33,803 nt of DNA from Bigelowiella natans CCMP2755. Taxonomy: Eukaryota; Protista; Cercozoa. The DNA is taken from contig ADNK01000440.1 in assembly GCA_000320545.1 (NCBI GenBank), positions 1-33,803 of the forward strand, in the 5' to 3' direction. Positions 11,191 to 25,067 of the stretch are shown piece after piece. Each line of letters starts with the position of its first letter. Position 1 is the first letter of the stretch. The notes under the pieces were generated by a model, which did not search any database, was not told where the DNA came from, and saw only the letters and a program-made list of their open reading frames with translations. The translations under genes were made by a program, and so were the position numbers.

Positions 11191-11876
11191 ATGGCATTGC
11201 GATTGAACCGTTTCTCGAAGATCTTCCGTCGGAAAAACAAAGGTGATGAAAATAAGAACGCGAAGGATTCCTCCCTAGCCTCCCCCGGCCGTCGACCAGG
11301 AAACAAGGAACGGGCGACGATTACGAATCGATTGGAAGGATCTTCGAGAAGCGAAGGCTCTGGCAGTCGACCGAAGCTCGACACAGCAGCAGAAGCATTA
11401 AAATCAGCCAGAAATGCGATATCAGTCAGCCCGAGCCAAAGGGGCTCCGCGTCCACTGTTGGGACTCCAGCGTAAGACGACAAAACAAAGACTTTAGAAT
11501 CTTACAAAAGCTGTAACAACAACCCATATTCTATAGTATTGACTCCATACTTTTCTTCCTCATAGATATCGCCGCAGTGGCAGTCACCAGAGTGTCCCTG
11601 GAATCCAAGCTATAGACCTGAATGATTTTCTCAGTGACAAACCACCGTGAGCACTCGAACGACAGTATTCACAGCATGCAACTGATTGCCACAGAAGTGC
11701 CTATTCATGCTTGACATTGATTAGCAGAGCACCAATTGTGTGTGTTTGGATATTTGGAATTGTACTCCCATTCAGGTACAAGAGTAATTCTGATAACTCA
11801 GAGGGTCACAGCAGCCCACCTTCTTCGCCTGCTGCACAACAGTGAGTTAGATAATGATCAGATGATAATGACATAT

Positions 11877-11967
<91 letters not shown>

Positions 11968-14261
11968 TTTTGTTGTGTCTCGCTGTGAGAAAGAGAGAAA
12001 GCCAGGAGAGAATTCGTTATCTTACTTAGGTGCCTATGTGAGCACTCGTATTGTGTCTTTAATCTTAACGAATTCTCTTCCTCCTCTACTCTTCTAGATA
12101 CTCTGAGCTAATTCGGAAGGGAAAGCGCTGGGCCGGAACGAAGCGTCGTAAGCCTTCCACAATCGAAGAGCTCAATTCTGTTTTCAGAGACCCAGAAAAC
12201 TTTGGAAGGTATGGAGTCAGTGAAGATACCAGCCGGTTTATCGCTTGCTATCCTTATGCCGCAGCGCAGCGCAGCAGCAGCAGCAGTTGCGCCAGTTCTA
12301 TATGCACGATTGAAGGAGTCTCTAGTCTAAGTGGCAACTTCCTTTGCTTCTCTTGTTTTTTCCTTCTTTTCTTCTCTTTCCTCTTCTTGTTATGGCACTT
12401 CTTTAAGATATCTTGGTGTTTTGGGGGCGGAGGAACAGCAAGAAGTGTTATTCATCTGTGAGGTGGAGCAGGTTGCATCCGTATATATCAGAAGAGAGTC
12501 ACAAGTGATGCTCGATTTCTATTTTTTGGTGCATCATCTGTGTTGAAAGATACTAGCTGCTGTGCACAACTGCGTTGGCCATTGTCTGAGTTATCGTGGT
12601 TGTTGTTTTCCGTCTTTTCGTACAACGACCCATGACAGTTGCTGGAGAAGACGAAGCAATTTGACCAGAAGCAAATTGCAGCCCACGAAGCAAAAATCGG
12701 ACAAATGTAGTAAACAATGGCTTCAATACCAGCACAGAACCATTACGTTTTGGGATGATAACTGAAATTTTAATGGCATTGCTTCCACCGCCACATGACT
12801 ACTTTTGCTCTTAGGTACTTGAAACCAAACGGCACTGGCCACTACCAGATTCGCTCAATTCGCCGAAAGACACGCCGTAAACTTCTAGAGTAAGTTCACT
12901 TATCCGAACACACCGCGATGTTTGTCATCCTTCCTCTAGTAGTCATAATCTCAATAGCCAGTTCTTCGCTGATTTTTCCTTCTCCATCATCATAATCTTC
13001 TCTTTCTCCTTCTTGCTGATGGTTGCTACGCCATCAGGTCAATTGAGAGCGACACGACGAATTTTGATATTTGGAATCAAGGTACCAATGCTGGGTAACA
13101 ACCTGACACTGGGGCGCATCCAAAGAGCAGATATATTTGGATGTTCATGCTGTGTAAGCGCGAAATTGTGTATCTTAACCCTACCATCTCTTTGTTGGTT
13201 TCGTTCTCGCTGTTGCTGCTGTTGCTACTATTTAGCTCAGTTGGAGGTCAAACGTCGGTTGTGCAAAGAAAGCGTACCGGTACCAACCAACGAATATTCA
13301 CAAAACAACTTAAATAGTGTAATGGAGGAAAGATCGGAGGGGGGCAGATAAGCATAGGATCGAAAGTGCATGCGACATACTTCGCATCGTTCCTTCCCCG
13401 CCTAGCTGCTTCCCAACCGGCGCTATTTCTGTTCCTTTCCAGTGGTTTCACTTAAAAACGGCCTGCTTCCCCGTCCTCCTCCTCCTCCTGCTCCTCCTCC
13501 TGCTCTTTGATTCTTTGACGTAGGCTTTCCTGGAGTTCATGAATCGAGAGCAGAGTGCAGCAAATGACGAGGATGATTACAAGTATCATCATATTCTCTG
13601 TGTACGTTGACATATTAGACAAACAGCGTCTTACCCCCCCCCCCCCCCCCTTCCCAGGGATGGGTTCTCGATTCACGACGTGTTCCGAAATCCTTCGTGC
13701 GCTTGTGCGTTTTTCCTCTACATGCTCAAAGACAGGAGACACAGGCTCCTCCTCTTCTGGATCGACCTCACCAAAGTAACTTTCTGTGTATCACATAATG
13801 ACGTTTGATTTGATGACAGTGTTCGAAAGATGATAGCGGCGGTAGTTAATTTCTATCAAAAGAGCTGCGCTCTCCCTCCCTCCCTCCCTCCCTCCTCCCT
13901 TCCACCTCTCACTTCATTTTTCTTCTTTCCGCCTTCTTCTCTACGTTCTTGGCACCACCAGGAGCGTGTAGGCGATCTTCGCAAATCCCTCGAGGCCGAC
14001 CCCAGTGCCGCCGTTCCCCTGCAGCTGTGCCTCAAATTAGAACAAATCCACCATAAGTAAGTCGCTGTCGTCGTCATAGTGGAAGTAGTAGTACACCTCA
14101 CATGAAGAAGAAGGAAAAATGGTTATAATTATTGGACACCGCATGCACGAGGGGTCTCAAGAGTTGTCAGTATTCGTTCGAGTGGTATTTTTTGGGGGGG
14201 GGGGAGGGGGAAGGGGAGGTTGGCCGTTGGTTTTGGTGTGGGTGCTCCTCTCTATGACTCT

Positions 14262-14293
<32 letters not shown>

Positions 14294-14960
14294 TCTTTCT
14301 CTTGTGTGTTCGTGCTACGCTCTAGATATGTGCACTCGGAGCATGAGGCCCGGATATTAGCGGAAGGAGAAACGTTCCAGGACCTTCTTGACCGAAGAGA
14401 TCATCATAAGTAACAGAACGATACAATTATTTGGAGAGAAATGAAGAGAGAAAGAATAGTTGAGTGGGGGAAGAAAGCCGGGGAGGGATGAGTTGAGATG
14501 AAGAGAGAGGAAATTGGAATAAGAGAGAAAAGATAAGAGTATTAAAGCCCTAGAGGAGAACGAACAGTGTTGAATGCATTTCTGCTTTATCGTATTCGTG
14601 ATGATCGCGTGACGACAAAGCAATGATGATACTGGTGTTGGGGAATATGACGACGATGGCGATGATGATAAATAAATCCCCTCTCCTGTAATAAAAGCTA
14701 TTTTTCGGAGGAAGAGATGAAGGAACTCGGACGTGAGTTCGTTGGGAGACTTGGGACGATGTTCCTTAAGGTGCGGGACAGCAGCAATAATAGTGGTGAT
14801 TGTGGTGAGATCGTTGATAATGGCGACGGTATGAAACCAGCACGACTCCATTTATTGCTTGTTTTTTACTACTACTTCCATGATTACGACGACGACGACG
14901 ACGACGACGATGACTAATGCTGTAAATACCAATAAGACAACTCTCGCTACTACTGCTGTC

Positions 14961-14991
<31 letters not shown>

Positions 14992-16815
14992 GTGCCTCTG
15001 TCTCCAACAACAAATTGACGGCGGTCTCCCTGCACATCTACTGCCTGCCTCCTCCCCCTCCTCCTCCTGTCTATGCCCCCCCCCCCCCCCGGTGACAGAT
15101 GGACAAGATCATACGGCGCGAGTGCTGGCCCGAGTTCTGCACGTCGGAGCTCTATCGGGGCGCGGTCGACCACGTGTGCGATGAGGAGGGAAAGGAAACG
15201 AAGAGAATATCCAAGGTGCGTTGGCTGCGTTTAGAACGAATCAATGATGATCGATTTATCACCGGTAAATGTGGGGTTGAATCTTGGTTGTTGTTGTTGT
15301 TGAGGGAGGGGGATTGGATTGCCTTACCGCAATGAGGGAGGCATCATAGATCCGTTGAGTATCCGTATCATGCTATGCTATCGTTGGTTAATGTTCACAA
15401 TGGGAGCACAAGAAGACTCATGTTGCCCCCCCCTCCTCCTCCTCCTTCTACCGTATACCATCGTCGCAGGGGATGCACAAGAAACTGAAGGAAATTGTTG
15501 CGGCTCAGGTTGTAGTAAATAATTTCTCTACTTTTACCAATTTACTCAGCATCATCATCAAAAGTGCTAGTCATCATCACCACCACCAAGCACCAAGCAC
15601 CAAGCACCAAGCACCAAGCACCAAGCAGCACCTCACAATCAATCTGCGCTAATATAATGACATACAAATTAAAATATGTGATATAAACACATAATTTGAT
15701 ACGTATATATGTATATATTTCAGGAGATGTACGTTGCTTTTTGCCGCGACTCAGAGCCAACCCCCCCCCCCCTCTCGGAAAATCTCCTCGAGTACGTCTG
15801 CGTCTTAGTTCCGGAGTCATCACCCCCCTCAGACAAGGGGAAGAAGAAGAGAAGGACGGATTACGCTATTGGTGATTCTCCTTCGAAACCCCCTGCCGCG
15901 CGCTTTGTGAGGAGATGGCCGCTGGAGAACAGGTGGGTGGTGCCATTACTGTTGGTTTTCTTCTTATTGTTATTGTTCTTCTACTACTACTACTACTACT
16001 GCTACAACTTGGTTTTATAATTATGTACTGCTATTGTTAGCATGAACTACTCAGCTCCTTATCACTAGAGTATTATGATATATTTCCGTGCAGGCCAGGG
16101 TGTCCGCTTCCTCCGCCGCAACACCTTTCCGGGCTCTGCTTCCGAAGGTATCATCAGCAACCCCCCCAAAAACGATAACAGTGACGACGACGACGAGGAG
16201 GAGGAGGAGGAGGAGGAGCGTGGGGAGGGAATATCCTGGCCTCATCATATTGCTGTAATCGTGTGGACGCTAAGTTGATGATTTCCGAGCCAGCCATCAC
16301 ACTGACTAAATCGCCTTGGAAACACATTGCTATTCATCTAGGGGAGATCCAGTACGCGAGCTGATGCAGCGCCTCGACTCCTTAGGAAACGACCGGCGCC
16401 TGTACACGAAGAACATCAACACTAGAATTCATTTTCACTCCACAGAGGGGGCGGCGAAGAGGAGAAGGGGGGGTGCGAGCCAGTCCAGCCACCCCTCCTC
16501 CACCACCGCCACTACTACACTGAGGAGTGCGTGGGGATTTGACGGGGAAACCATGCGGTTGCTCGCTGAAACGGTGGCGACCGCCAAACGGCTCGGAAGA
16601 GGGGATGAAGATATCATTGTTGGCGGAAGTAACGAGGGAGAAGGCACGAATAAACAAGGTTACTACTCCTACTGCTACTACTAGTAGTAGCAGTACGGCT
16701 ACTTATACGCTAGTTCTTCTCCTGTATCCTAACTCGTGCATATCACATCATAAAGCAATCACAGCTAACACCAATGCTCGTTACAATAACAACGGTCTTC
16801 CATTCTCTCCCCCCC

Positions 16816-16855
<40 letters not shown>

Positions 16856-16892
16856 CTTCTCCCCCCTCCACACACCTAACTCCTTCCTCAAC

Positions 16893-16930
<38 letters not shown>

Positions 16931-19242
16931 TACACATAGGAAGGCCTGTGCCTAATTTCTCGCTTCCTCCCATTGCTGACCCCCACTACCACCTAACCTT
17001 GGTTGTTGTTTTTGTTGTTGTTCTCAGACCCCAAGAAGACTCCATCTTCCACGCGACGAAGAAGCTTGCTCTCTCTGTCTTCCAACAAGAAGAAGAAAAA
17101 GAAGAATAAGAAGAAAAGCCCCAAATCGATGAAAGAGAATCATTCCGCCGCAGGGGCATATGAGGTAGGGGCGTCGATGCTCACGACAAGAAAGAGATGA
17201 TGATGGTGGTGATAATGATGACAGCAATCAAGCAGCAATGACATCATCTTCTCCTCATATTATGGTGCAATTATAGACAGCAACGGGTGCATACTTGCAT
17301 TCTACCACGAAAGCATGTTGCCCCCCCCCCATCCCCCACCCCCCCTCTCTTTCGTTCTCCCCCCGATTTTTTTTCTGTTGGTTGTTGCGGCATCATGTTG
17401 TCAAAACGACACTATCAGGACGATTCAATATTGGTGTCAAGTTCTTCATCGCCATTGGTGATGCCGTTAGTGCAAGGAATGCGTGTTTACAACTTCGTCC
17501 TCACGGTGATGGGGGGGTTTCATCTTCACGCAGCATGCCTGCACGTTGATGCTGCTAGGCTTCCTCCTCCTCCTCCTCCTAAGAGAAACAGCGAGATGGT
17601 GCACACGGCGAAGGAGAGTGGTGAGAGCAAAGATGACAACAATGCTGAGGAGAAGGAGGAGGAGGGAGGAGGAGAAGGGAGGGGACGTAGCATCGGCAAC
17701 GAGGTGATAAACAAACACACCAATGCTAAAGCTATCGCAATAGATGCGGTTTGTTTTTGTTCAAAATGTAGTGGTGCAATCTCACACTCGAATCGTGCCA
17801 CAATTACTACTACTACAGCTTTCTCCCTTTAACGAATAATTCAATCTTGGGTGGATGACATCAGGAAACCGCAGCGGCAGTGGGCACCGAACTATCATTA
17901 AAGGAGGATATTGCGGCGAGAAAGCCCTCCTCATCTACTCCCAAGGCCGACAAAGAAGAAGGAGGAGGAGGAGGAGGAGGAGGAGGAAGAAAAGCGGAGG
18001 CAAAATCATCACCAACTTCCAGTCTTGTTGGCGTGTTCTCCCCTCCCCGTCCGCCCAACTCTCCACCTCCACTGCATCAGCGGCGACGGCATAACCCCAA
18101 TCGATCCCCCCCACCAGCAAACAGGCCTCTGCCTCCAACTCCGGGAGCGGGAGGAGGAGGAGGAAGCAACAACAACAACAACTCGAGGGCGGTGAATGAA
18201 AATCAACGTCGTGCATATGGGGGGGGAGAGTCGAAAAACAACGACGCGGCGCTCAGCAAGGGGCCAACAACAGCTCCCCCCCCTCCCCCCCCACCGCCTC
18301 AAAGCTGTGAGTTTTCAATATGCGTGATCTCGTCGCAGCCACTGGGGAGGTTCCTCAGAGACGCACTGATGCCTCTCACGGAAGCTGTGGCTAGGGCGAG
18401 GAGAGAATATGTAATTGATATCTTAGATTATAGCAGAAAGACGATTCATACCGATGGAGAAACGAAGAATAAACAAAATACTCGCGTACACACACACACA
18501 TACACATACACATACACATACATATATACATATTTATATAAGATTCACACCACCGACTTCAGGAGCAGAAGCAGCAGCAAGAAGATGACGAAGGAGGGAC
18601 AAGCACCATCATCACTTGTGGTGGTGGTGGTGGTGGTGGTGGTGGTGGTGGTGGTGGTGAGGAGGAGGAGGAAACAACGAAGGACGAGGAGGGAGAGGAG
18701 GAGCAGAAGAAGAACAGCAGCAACGTGGATCCCATTCTGTCGAAAGTGGTCCGTACATGTATGTGTGTAGCTGGAGGAGTATTGGTAGTAGGAAGAGAAG
18801 GAGGAGGAGGAGGAGGAGGAGGAGAGCAGAATAGACGACAAGCTGCTGTATCATCAACACACGCCGTCACCGTCATCATCACCATCATCATCATTTCTCA
18901 TTGTCCTCAGGTACGGTCGCCTGAGATGGGGCAGTTGGTTGCCCTTCTAAAGCGCAAGAAGGGTTTCAAGATCCACGTTGAGTCGCAACGGGATTCGCAG
19001 GAGGGGGGGGAGAGTAAGGGTGAGCAAGGTGAAACAGTGGCCAAGTCGGAGGCACCGCGCGAGCAGGACGATCGCCCCACGAATGCTGACGTGAAGAAAG
19101 GTTGGAGATATAGCTATTCAAGGCAGGGGTGGGAGGGGCGGGGGGGATAGGAATAATACATACTGAAAGAATCAATAGATGGTGATGAAGAAACGTCGCG
19201 CTGACTCTCTTTGGTGCCTCGTTCTACTACTTCCGCCATTCC

Positions 19243-19279
<37 letters not shown>

Positions 19280-21531
19280 CTATATATATATATATATATA
19301 TATACACAGAAGAACAGCACGAACTTAGAAGCGACAAAAACTACGATCTTAATCATGCAGCAGTAGCAGCAGGGAAGGATACAGGGAGCGCCCAAAGCAG
19401 CAGCAGCAGCACTACTACTACTACTACTACTACTCCTACTACTACCATCACATTAAAATCTCCCTGTTGGGAGAATGGAAACAAAGGAGGACAACAGCAA
19501 GACCAGCAACCCACTCCGTCATCATCATCATCATCACCATCACCATCACCATCACCATCACCATCATCGATCCTGAGGCAAAGGCTGACAACATACGTAG
19601 AAGCTCCCGACCACAGTATGGGTAATAGGAAATGTTTGTGCTAGTAGTAGTAGTAGTAGTAGTAGTAGCAGTATTCGTTGTCGGAAGAAGAGTACCAGTT
19701 GGTGGTTTTTGACCGGATGGACGTTGTACATCAACTGCAGGAGCGCTATTGCACCGTTTACACCCGAAGCGTGCGATTCTAGCGACCGAATATCTGCTCA
19801 TGGAAAGGAAGGTGCGGTCTATGGTGGTGCTGCGCTCATGTTATTGTTGTTCATTGATAGCCCCCCCCCCCCCCCCCCCAAACACGCTGCTTCGATCTTG
19901 CTTGCGTATAAAACGAATACCGGCTGGTGCCTACTGTGTGCATGTACGATGATGTGTGGGTTAGTAGTGTGCCATGCATGCTGTTCTGTTTCACCGGTCC
20001 TCCTCCTACTCCTCCTCCTCCTGCTGCTGCTGCTGCTGCTGCTACTACTACTACTAACATCACAATCAACAAGGTGGTGATTCTCTCTCACAACGCGTCG
20101 ACCCTTACGGCTGCCGCGGCCGCTTTGAGGTAACGTGGGGGAGTGGGGGAAGTGTAGATGGGGCTAAGTCATTGCCTGAATGTCCAAACCACGTGTTCTT
20201 GTTTTTCCAATGACTAGGTCGCTTCTCTTCCCGTTCGCATGGAAGTACCTCTACGTAAGGAGTCACCGAAAGACACACTTCATAACACCATCCAAATCAG
20301 AGGAAGAAGACGAAGATGATGATGACGATGATGATGATGATGATGCAGACGAAAAACGACAATGTCGCCGCCATGAGATCAGGGGTGGTTGCAAAGTCCA
20401 TAATTCCTTATCGTTATTATCACTACGATCATCATCATCATCATAATTTCATCATGATCACACATCGCAGGTCCCAGTGTTAGTGCCATCGATGTTTCAG
20501 TATCTCGACTGCCCGACACCGTACATCGTGGGGGTCTCGGCTGCTCACAGGGCAACGGTAATAAATAAGTAATAGCAGCAGCAGCAGCAGCAGAACAACA
20601 CTGCGCCCATCATCCGTCATCGTTTGAAAATATGTGTTGCGAGAGAGACAGCGAGGAATGGGGAGAGGGAGGGGAGGAAGAGAGTAGAATTACTTTACGG
20701 TGGTGGTAGTCTCGAAGCATAAAAATCTACACCATGATTATATTGCGCGGCCGCCCACGCAGTAGACCTGTTACTATCATGATAATATGATTATTGTGGC
20801 TTTTCCTCTTCCTTTTCTTCTTCTTCTTCTTCTTGTTGTTACCATCGCAGATTCTATCGATTCCTTCGGTGCAGCAGGAAGCTCTCATCATCGATCTGGA
20901 AAACGACAGGGTGGGAGCGTTATTGGTGGCGGTGAGATGATGGCTGGGCGACGACGACACCAAAGCCACCGAAGGACAACATGCACGCACGCACGCACGC
21001 ACGCAAGCGCGCATGTACAAATATACACACGCACATAAATATATGTAGGTTTTCTCCGCGCAGCAGCAGCAGCAACAGCATCAAGCTGGTCCTCTCCATC
21101 ACCTTCGCCATGAATCTCTGGATGCGATCTTCCCACTGCCCATCCGCATGTATCTGCTAGAGACCATATCTCGGCTATATGGTAGAAGTAGGCGGTACGT
21201 TTGACGACAACGACGACGACGACGACGTGCATGACAATGATGACATCGTGATGATAAAAGAGTTTAGTGTTTGATTTTGTCAGCATACCTTACCACCATC
21301 TCCTAACCTGTCCCCCCCCCCCTTCCGCCACCAGCATTTTTCCCCATACAAGCAACTACTTCGGCAGTGTTGTAAATAGCATCTTTGGCACAAACGCTTT
21401 TCTTTATCATCACCATCATCCTCAGCATCACCATCGTTCGCAGGTACCCAACATCGCTGCCACAGTCCGACCTACTGGACGACAACAAGGTGAGACACAG
21501 CGCCGGTGATCAGTGGTGCTGGGGAAGAGGA

Positions 21532-21577
<46 letters not shown>

Positions 21578-21849
21578 TATAAAAGAAACCTGATCGTACG
21601 TGGTGGGTGGGGTGGTGTGAGAGTGGTTTCGGTAGATGATACCGTGATAACTGTAATATATTTGCTGTGTACTCAGAATCTTGAGAACCGAGAGAAAGAA
21701 CTGACTGCTCTTGAAGATTCAGAGGTAGTAATAACAACAACACCAGCACCAGCACCAGCACCAGCAATAGTACCAGCGGCAGCAGCAGCCGTAACATTGC
21801 TATCTATCGTATCAGGTTGCTCTGGCTATAGAGCTTCGAATGTCTTTAG

Positions 21850-21883
<34 letters not shown>

Positions 21884-23640
21884 CAATATTGATTTTTTTG
21901 TTTATTTCTATTTTATTATATGTGCAAGTGTGCTTTTCTTCTTCGCGTAAGCAGCAGCGTATACAACAATACAGTCAGTATTGAACGAACATTTTCCTCA
22001 GGAAAAGCTTGGGCGCACATGCTGAGCGGATACAGGCGATTCTGCAACTTGTGGCCTGAAAAAGAGGGTAATAACAAGATGTCGTTCAGAACGGACAACA
22101 ACACTGCCGTCGCTCTATCATAATTATCATCACCATCATCATCATCAACTCACATGCCCACGGGTGCTTACCGACCCACACAGCGCTCACAACTCGAATT
22201 TACTGGCAGATCCTGGGGTGGTCTTCGACGCTCCCACGTTCTTGAACACGCGGCCGCGGCATAACGTGACGTTCTTGAAGGCGATCTTCAAGACCAGCGC
22301 TTTCAGGGACTTTCTCGAGACGAGGGCAACAGTAGGATGACGACGACACAACAGATACGCACCAGAGCTGTGAACAAGAATGCACACAAACAATAGGGGA
22401 GGGGGGAGGGGGAAGGGGGGCGGAGAGAAAGAGGGAGAGAGAGAGAGAGAGACCGCGGCCTATCCTCGTCGCATCAACAGCATTCGTTCTTTGTTCGTTA
22501 ATGATGAAAGGCCGAGACACAAGACGGCCTCCGCCCGGTAAAATCGGATCTTTTCGACGTATTGGAAGAGGTACTACTAGGAGGTACTACTAGTACCTCC
22601 TCTCCACCTATCTCCTTCCAGAGGGAAGAGGTGATCGTGCCATGTGTCAGTGGAGGAGAGGGAGCGTGGTCGGGGAGGCACGTCTCGCTACTCTTAGCTT
22701 TATTCTCGTTATTGCAAAGAGGACGTCCCTGGCGCTGATGATGCCATGCCTTGGGGCAATCATGCCCCCCCCCCCCTTGACACACAACATGTGGTTTCGC
22801 ACATGGATCCTCCTGTACGACTTGATTACTACTACTAATACCTATGACTACTACTACTGCTAATACAAGGCGGAGGCTCATCGATTGTACGATTCCAGGG
22901 GCGAGATCAATATAGACGTGCATGTAGTGCCTAGACCACGGTAAGCTAAATGAAAGCAGAAGCAGCAGAAACAGAAAAGGAATGTGATGTTGTTGTTGTT
23001 GGTGATGAAGATGATGATAATGCCATTATATAATGGTGGTGGTGTGGCTAGTGGTGGTATTTAAGTAGGAGAGGACGACGACGAAGATCACCCTTCTTTC
23101 TCACCCCTTTAGGTTCAGTTTGATGCAGCCCGATTTGCCATGGGCCTCTCCCGATGAGACAGGTGGGTGAAGAAGGAGAAGAAGAAGAAGAAGAAGAAGA
23201 CGGGGAAGAAGACGGAAAAGGAGGATATGAAGAAGGGAATGAGCGAAGTGAACAGCCGCTTTTGTTGCTGTCGATACTACTGACGATGACGACGACGATG
23301 ATGATGATGATGATGGCTGATAATGATGATGATGATGATGCTGAGGAACAATGATTGATGCCATCAACATGGCTCCTACTATAACATCTTCGACCCCCCC
23401 TCCATCCTACCTACCTACCTTCTCTTTTTTGTGACAACACCACTATCAGACCAGCCTTCTCTTGCTCCACAATCATCATCTCTTCAACGCTCTGAAGACG
23501 ATGAAGACGATGAGGATAGAAGCGAAGGAGGAGGAGGAGGAGGGGGAGGAGGGGGAGGGAGCGACGGTCGGGACGTCATAGGAGGCGACATGACCGATAG
23601 CAGCTCAGCAAAGGTGGGTTGCTTTATTCTATGCGGGGGG

Positions 23641-23673
<33 letters not shown>

Positions 23674-25067
23674 ACACCTTGCGCATTAACCTCACCTTTC
23701 TTCTTCTTCTTGTTCTTCTTTTTCTTGTTCTTCTTTTTCTTGTTCTTCTTCTTCTTCCAGATTGGAGTTGGTGGTCAGGATGATAATGAGGATGGAGATG
23801 GAAACAAGAAGAAGAAGAAGAAGTGCGCGAAGCCCCTAGCAGGAGGAATGACAGGTACGCCAACATGCGAGAACGGCGGCAACGATGATGAAAGCCATTT
23901 CAATGAACAAATAATATCATCTTTGCAGATATGTGCTCATTTATTCTTCTGACCCTCCCTTAATACCTTTTGCACTCAACTTAATCGCGGTTGTGTGTAA
24001 TCATTGATCAACACCTTCATCAGAGCGGGCGAGTGGCGGTAAGGGTGGCGGCGCTGCGGAGGAGTTCTTTGAGAGGGCAATGAGTAAGTAGTGTTAATGT
24101 AGTCCTTGCAGCATGCAGGGGAGACCAAGTGACATTTGATAGCGGCAGCAATGGCGGTTTTAAAAAAGGGATGACGAGCGATAATGTAGTGGTGGTGTTG
24201 ACCACTATGATACAGACAACGAGAGTGTAGTATGATAGAACACCCCCCCTCCCGTGCCCCCCGGGGCCAGATGGGGGAAAGTAGAGAGCTCTTCCAAAGT
24301 GCTCAAATGCTTTTCTGTTGGTCGCCTCAGTAGTAGTAGATGTGTTTTTGGTAATGGAGCGTTGTATCATATCGATCTTGCCTTCTCCTGCATTCTTCAG
24401 GCATAACAGACAGCGAAGACGAAGGAGTAGTCTCCCCCGACCAACGGAGAGTTATGAGGCAGCTAGGCGACTACTATTCGAGTGAGTACTCAGTACAAAG
24501 GAGGAGGAGGAGGAGGAGGAGGAGGAGGAGGAGGAGAAGATGATGAAGAAGAAGAGAACAACGGGAAGAATTTGGCGCGATGGCGCTTTTATGAAATGTA
24601 GCGTGCTGTTATATTTTGATAAGAGTCAAAATCATCTCTGGATTCTTGTGTGGAATTATTCCAGTACCCAACGTTTTTGATAGTACTGATGCGTTATTAT
24701 TATTGCTGAAAATGATTCCTACGGCATCACCCCCTCCCCAGCTATGCAACGAATAGGCGAAGAGAAGGGAGACGGCATTGACCAAACCGCGCAGGGTGAA
24801 GCAGAGAATGGTGTTAAAGGAAGCGGGAAGGATGATGAAGTACAAGAAGGAATGGCAGAGATGAAGGCTCAGCAGGGCAGCACAACCACCACAGGAGTAA
24901 TAGGAAAAGTAATTGAGAGAGAAGAAGTGAACAAAGATAGAGCGAATACGAATGAGGTGGATGGAGAAGAGAAGGGAACTGAAAGGGCCCAAGAAGCAGG
25001 GGATGATACCGTCGTCAGAAAGCAGCAACTGAAGGTGACTGGATCAAAGTTGAATTGCCGTGCGTAA
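11191..25067 (+). CDS. Multi-exon protein with two tandem RGS-like domains followed by uDENN-cDENN-dDENN (putative Rab GEF)
   Basis: Phase-consistent exons give RGS-like 1 (12098-13580: LNSVFRDPENFGRYL...EVLFICEVE...MYLKPNG...FDIWNQAQLEV...ESVPAFLEF) and RGS-like 2 (13658-15214: IHDVFRNPSCACAFFLYM...LLFWID...ECWPEFCTSELY). DENN motifs follow: LLEYVCVLV, RRWPLENR, LSGLCFR, YNFVLTVMGG...HAACL, ICVISSQP, YLLMERKVVILS, LLFPFAWKYLYVPVL...YLDCPTPYIVG, IIDLEND, MLSGYRRF, FLKAIFKTSAFRDFLE. Start ATG (11128/11170/11191) and last exon (stop 25067, or spliced 25491-25508) are uncertain, as are some low-complexity exon boundaries. Confidence 0.85.
11877..11965. repeat. Compound (CT)n(GT)n microsatellite, intronic
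   Basis: Directly visible runs. Confidence 0.95.
15584..15625. repeat. (CACCAAG)6 heptamer tandem repeat, intronic
   Basis: Six perfect copies. Confidence 0.95.
16819..16926. repeat. (CT)n and (CA)n microsatellites, intronic
   Basis: Directly visible runs. Confidence 0.9.
18618..18670. repeat. (GGT)n(GAG)n trinucleotide run, probably coding poly-Gly/poly-Glu in the DENN gene
   Basis: Lies in the predicted exon starting at 18563 (EQKQQQEDDEGG...GGGG EEEE...VDPILSK). Confidence 0.75.
19246..19304. repeat. Compound (CA)n(TA)n microsatellite, intronic
   Basis: Directly visible runs. Confidence 0.9.
21534..21575. repeat. (AT)n microsatellite, intronic (a second one at ~21854-21882)
   Basis: Directly visible run. 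Confidence 0.95.

Noticed and set aside
15584-15625. Tandem repeat as a possible CRISPR or telomeric array
   Set aside because: A 7-bp unit without spacers, intronic, in a eukaryotic context, and not a telomere motif I recognise.
14357-24370. Many low-complexity ORFs (poly-V, L, S, P, H, T, YIYI, CVCV)
   Set aside because: Translations of intronic microsatellites or wrong frames/strands of DENN exons.
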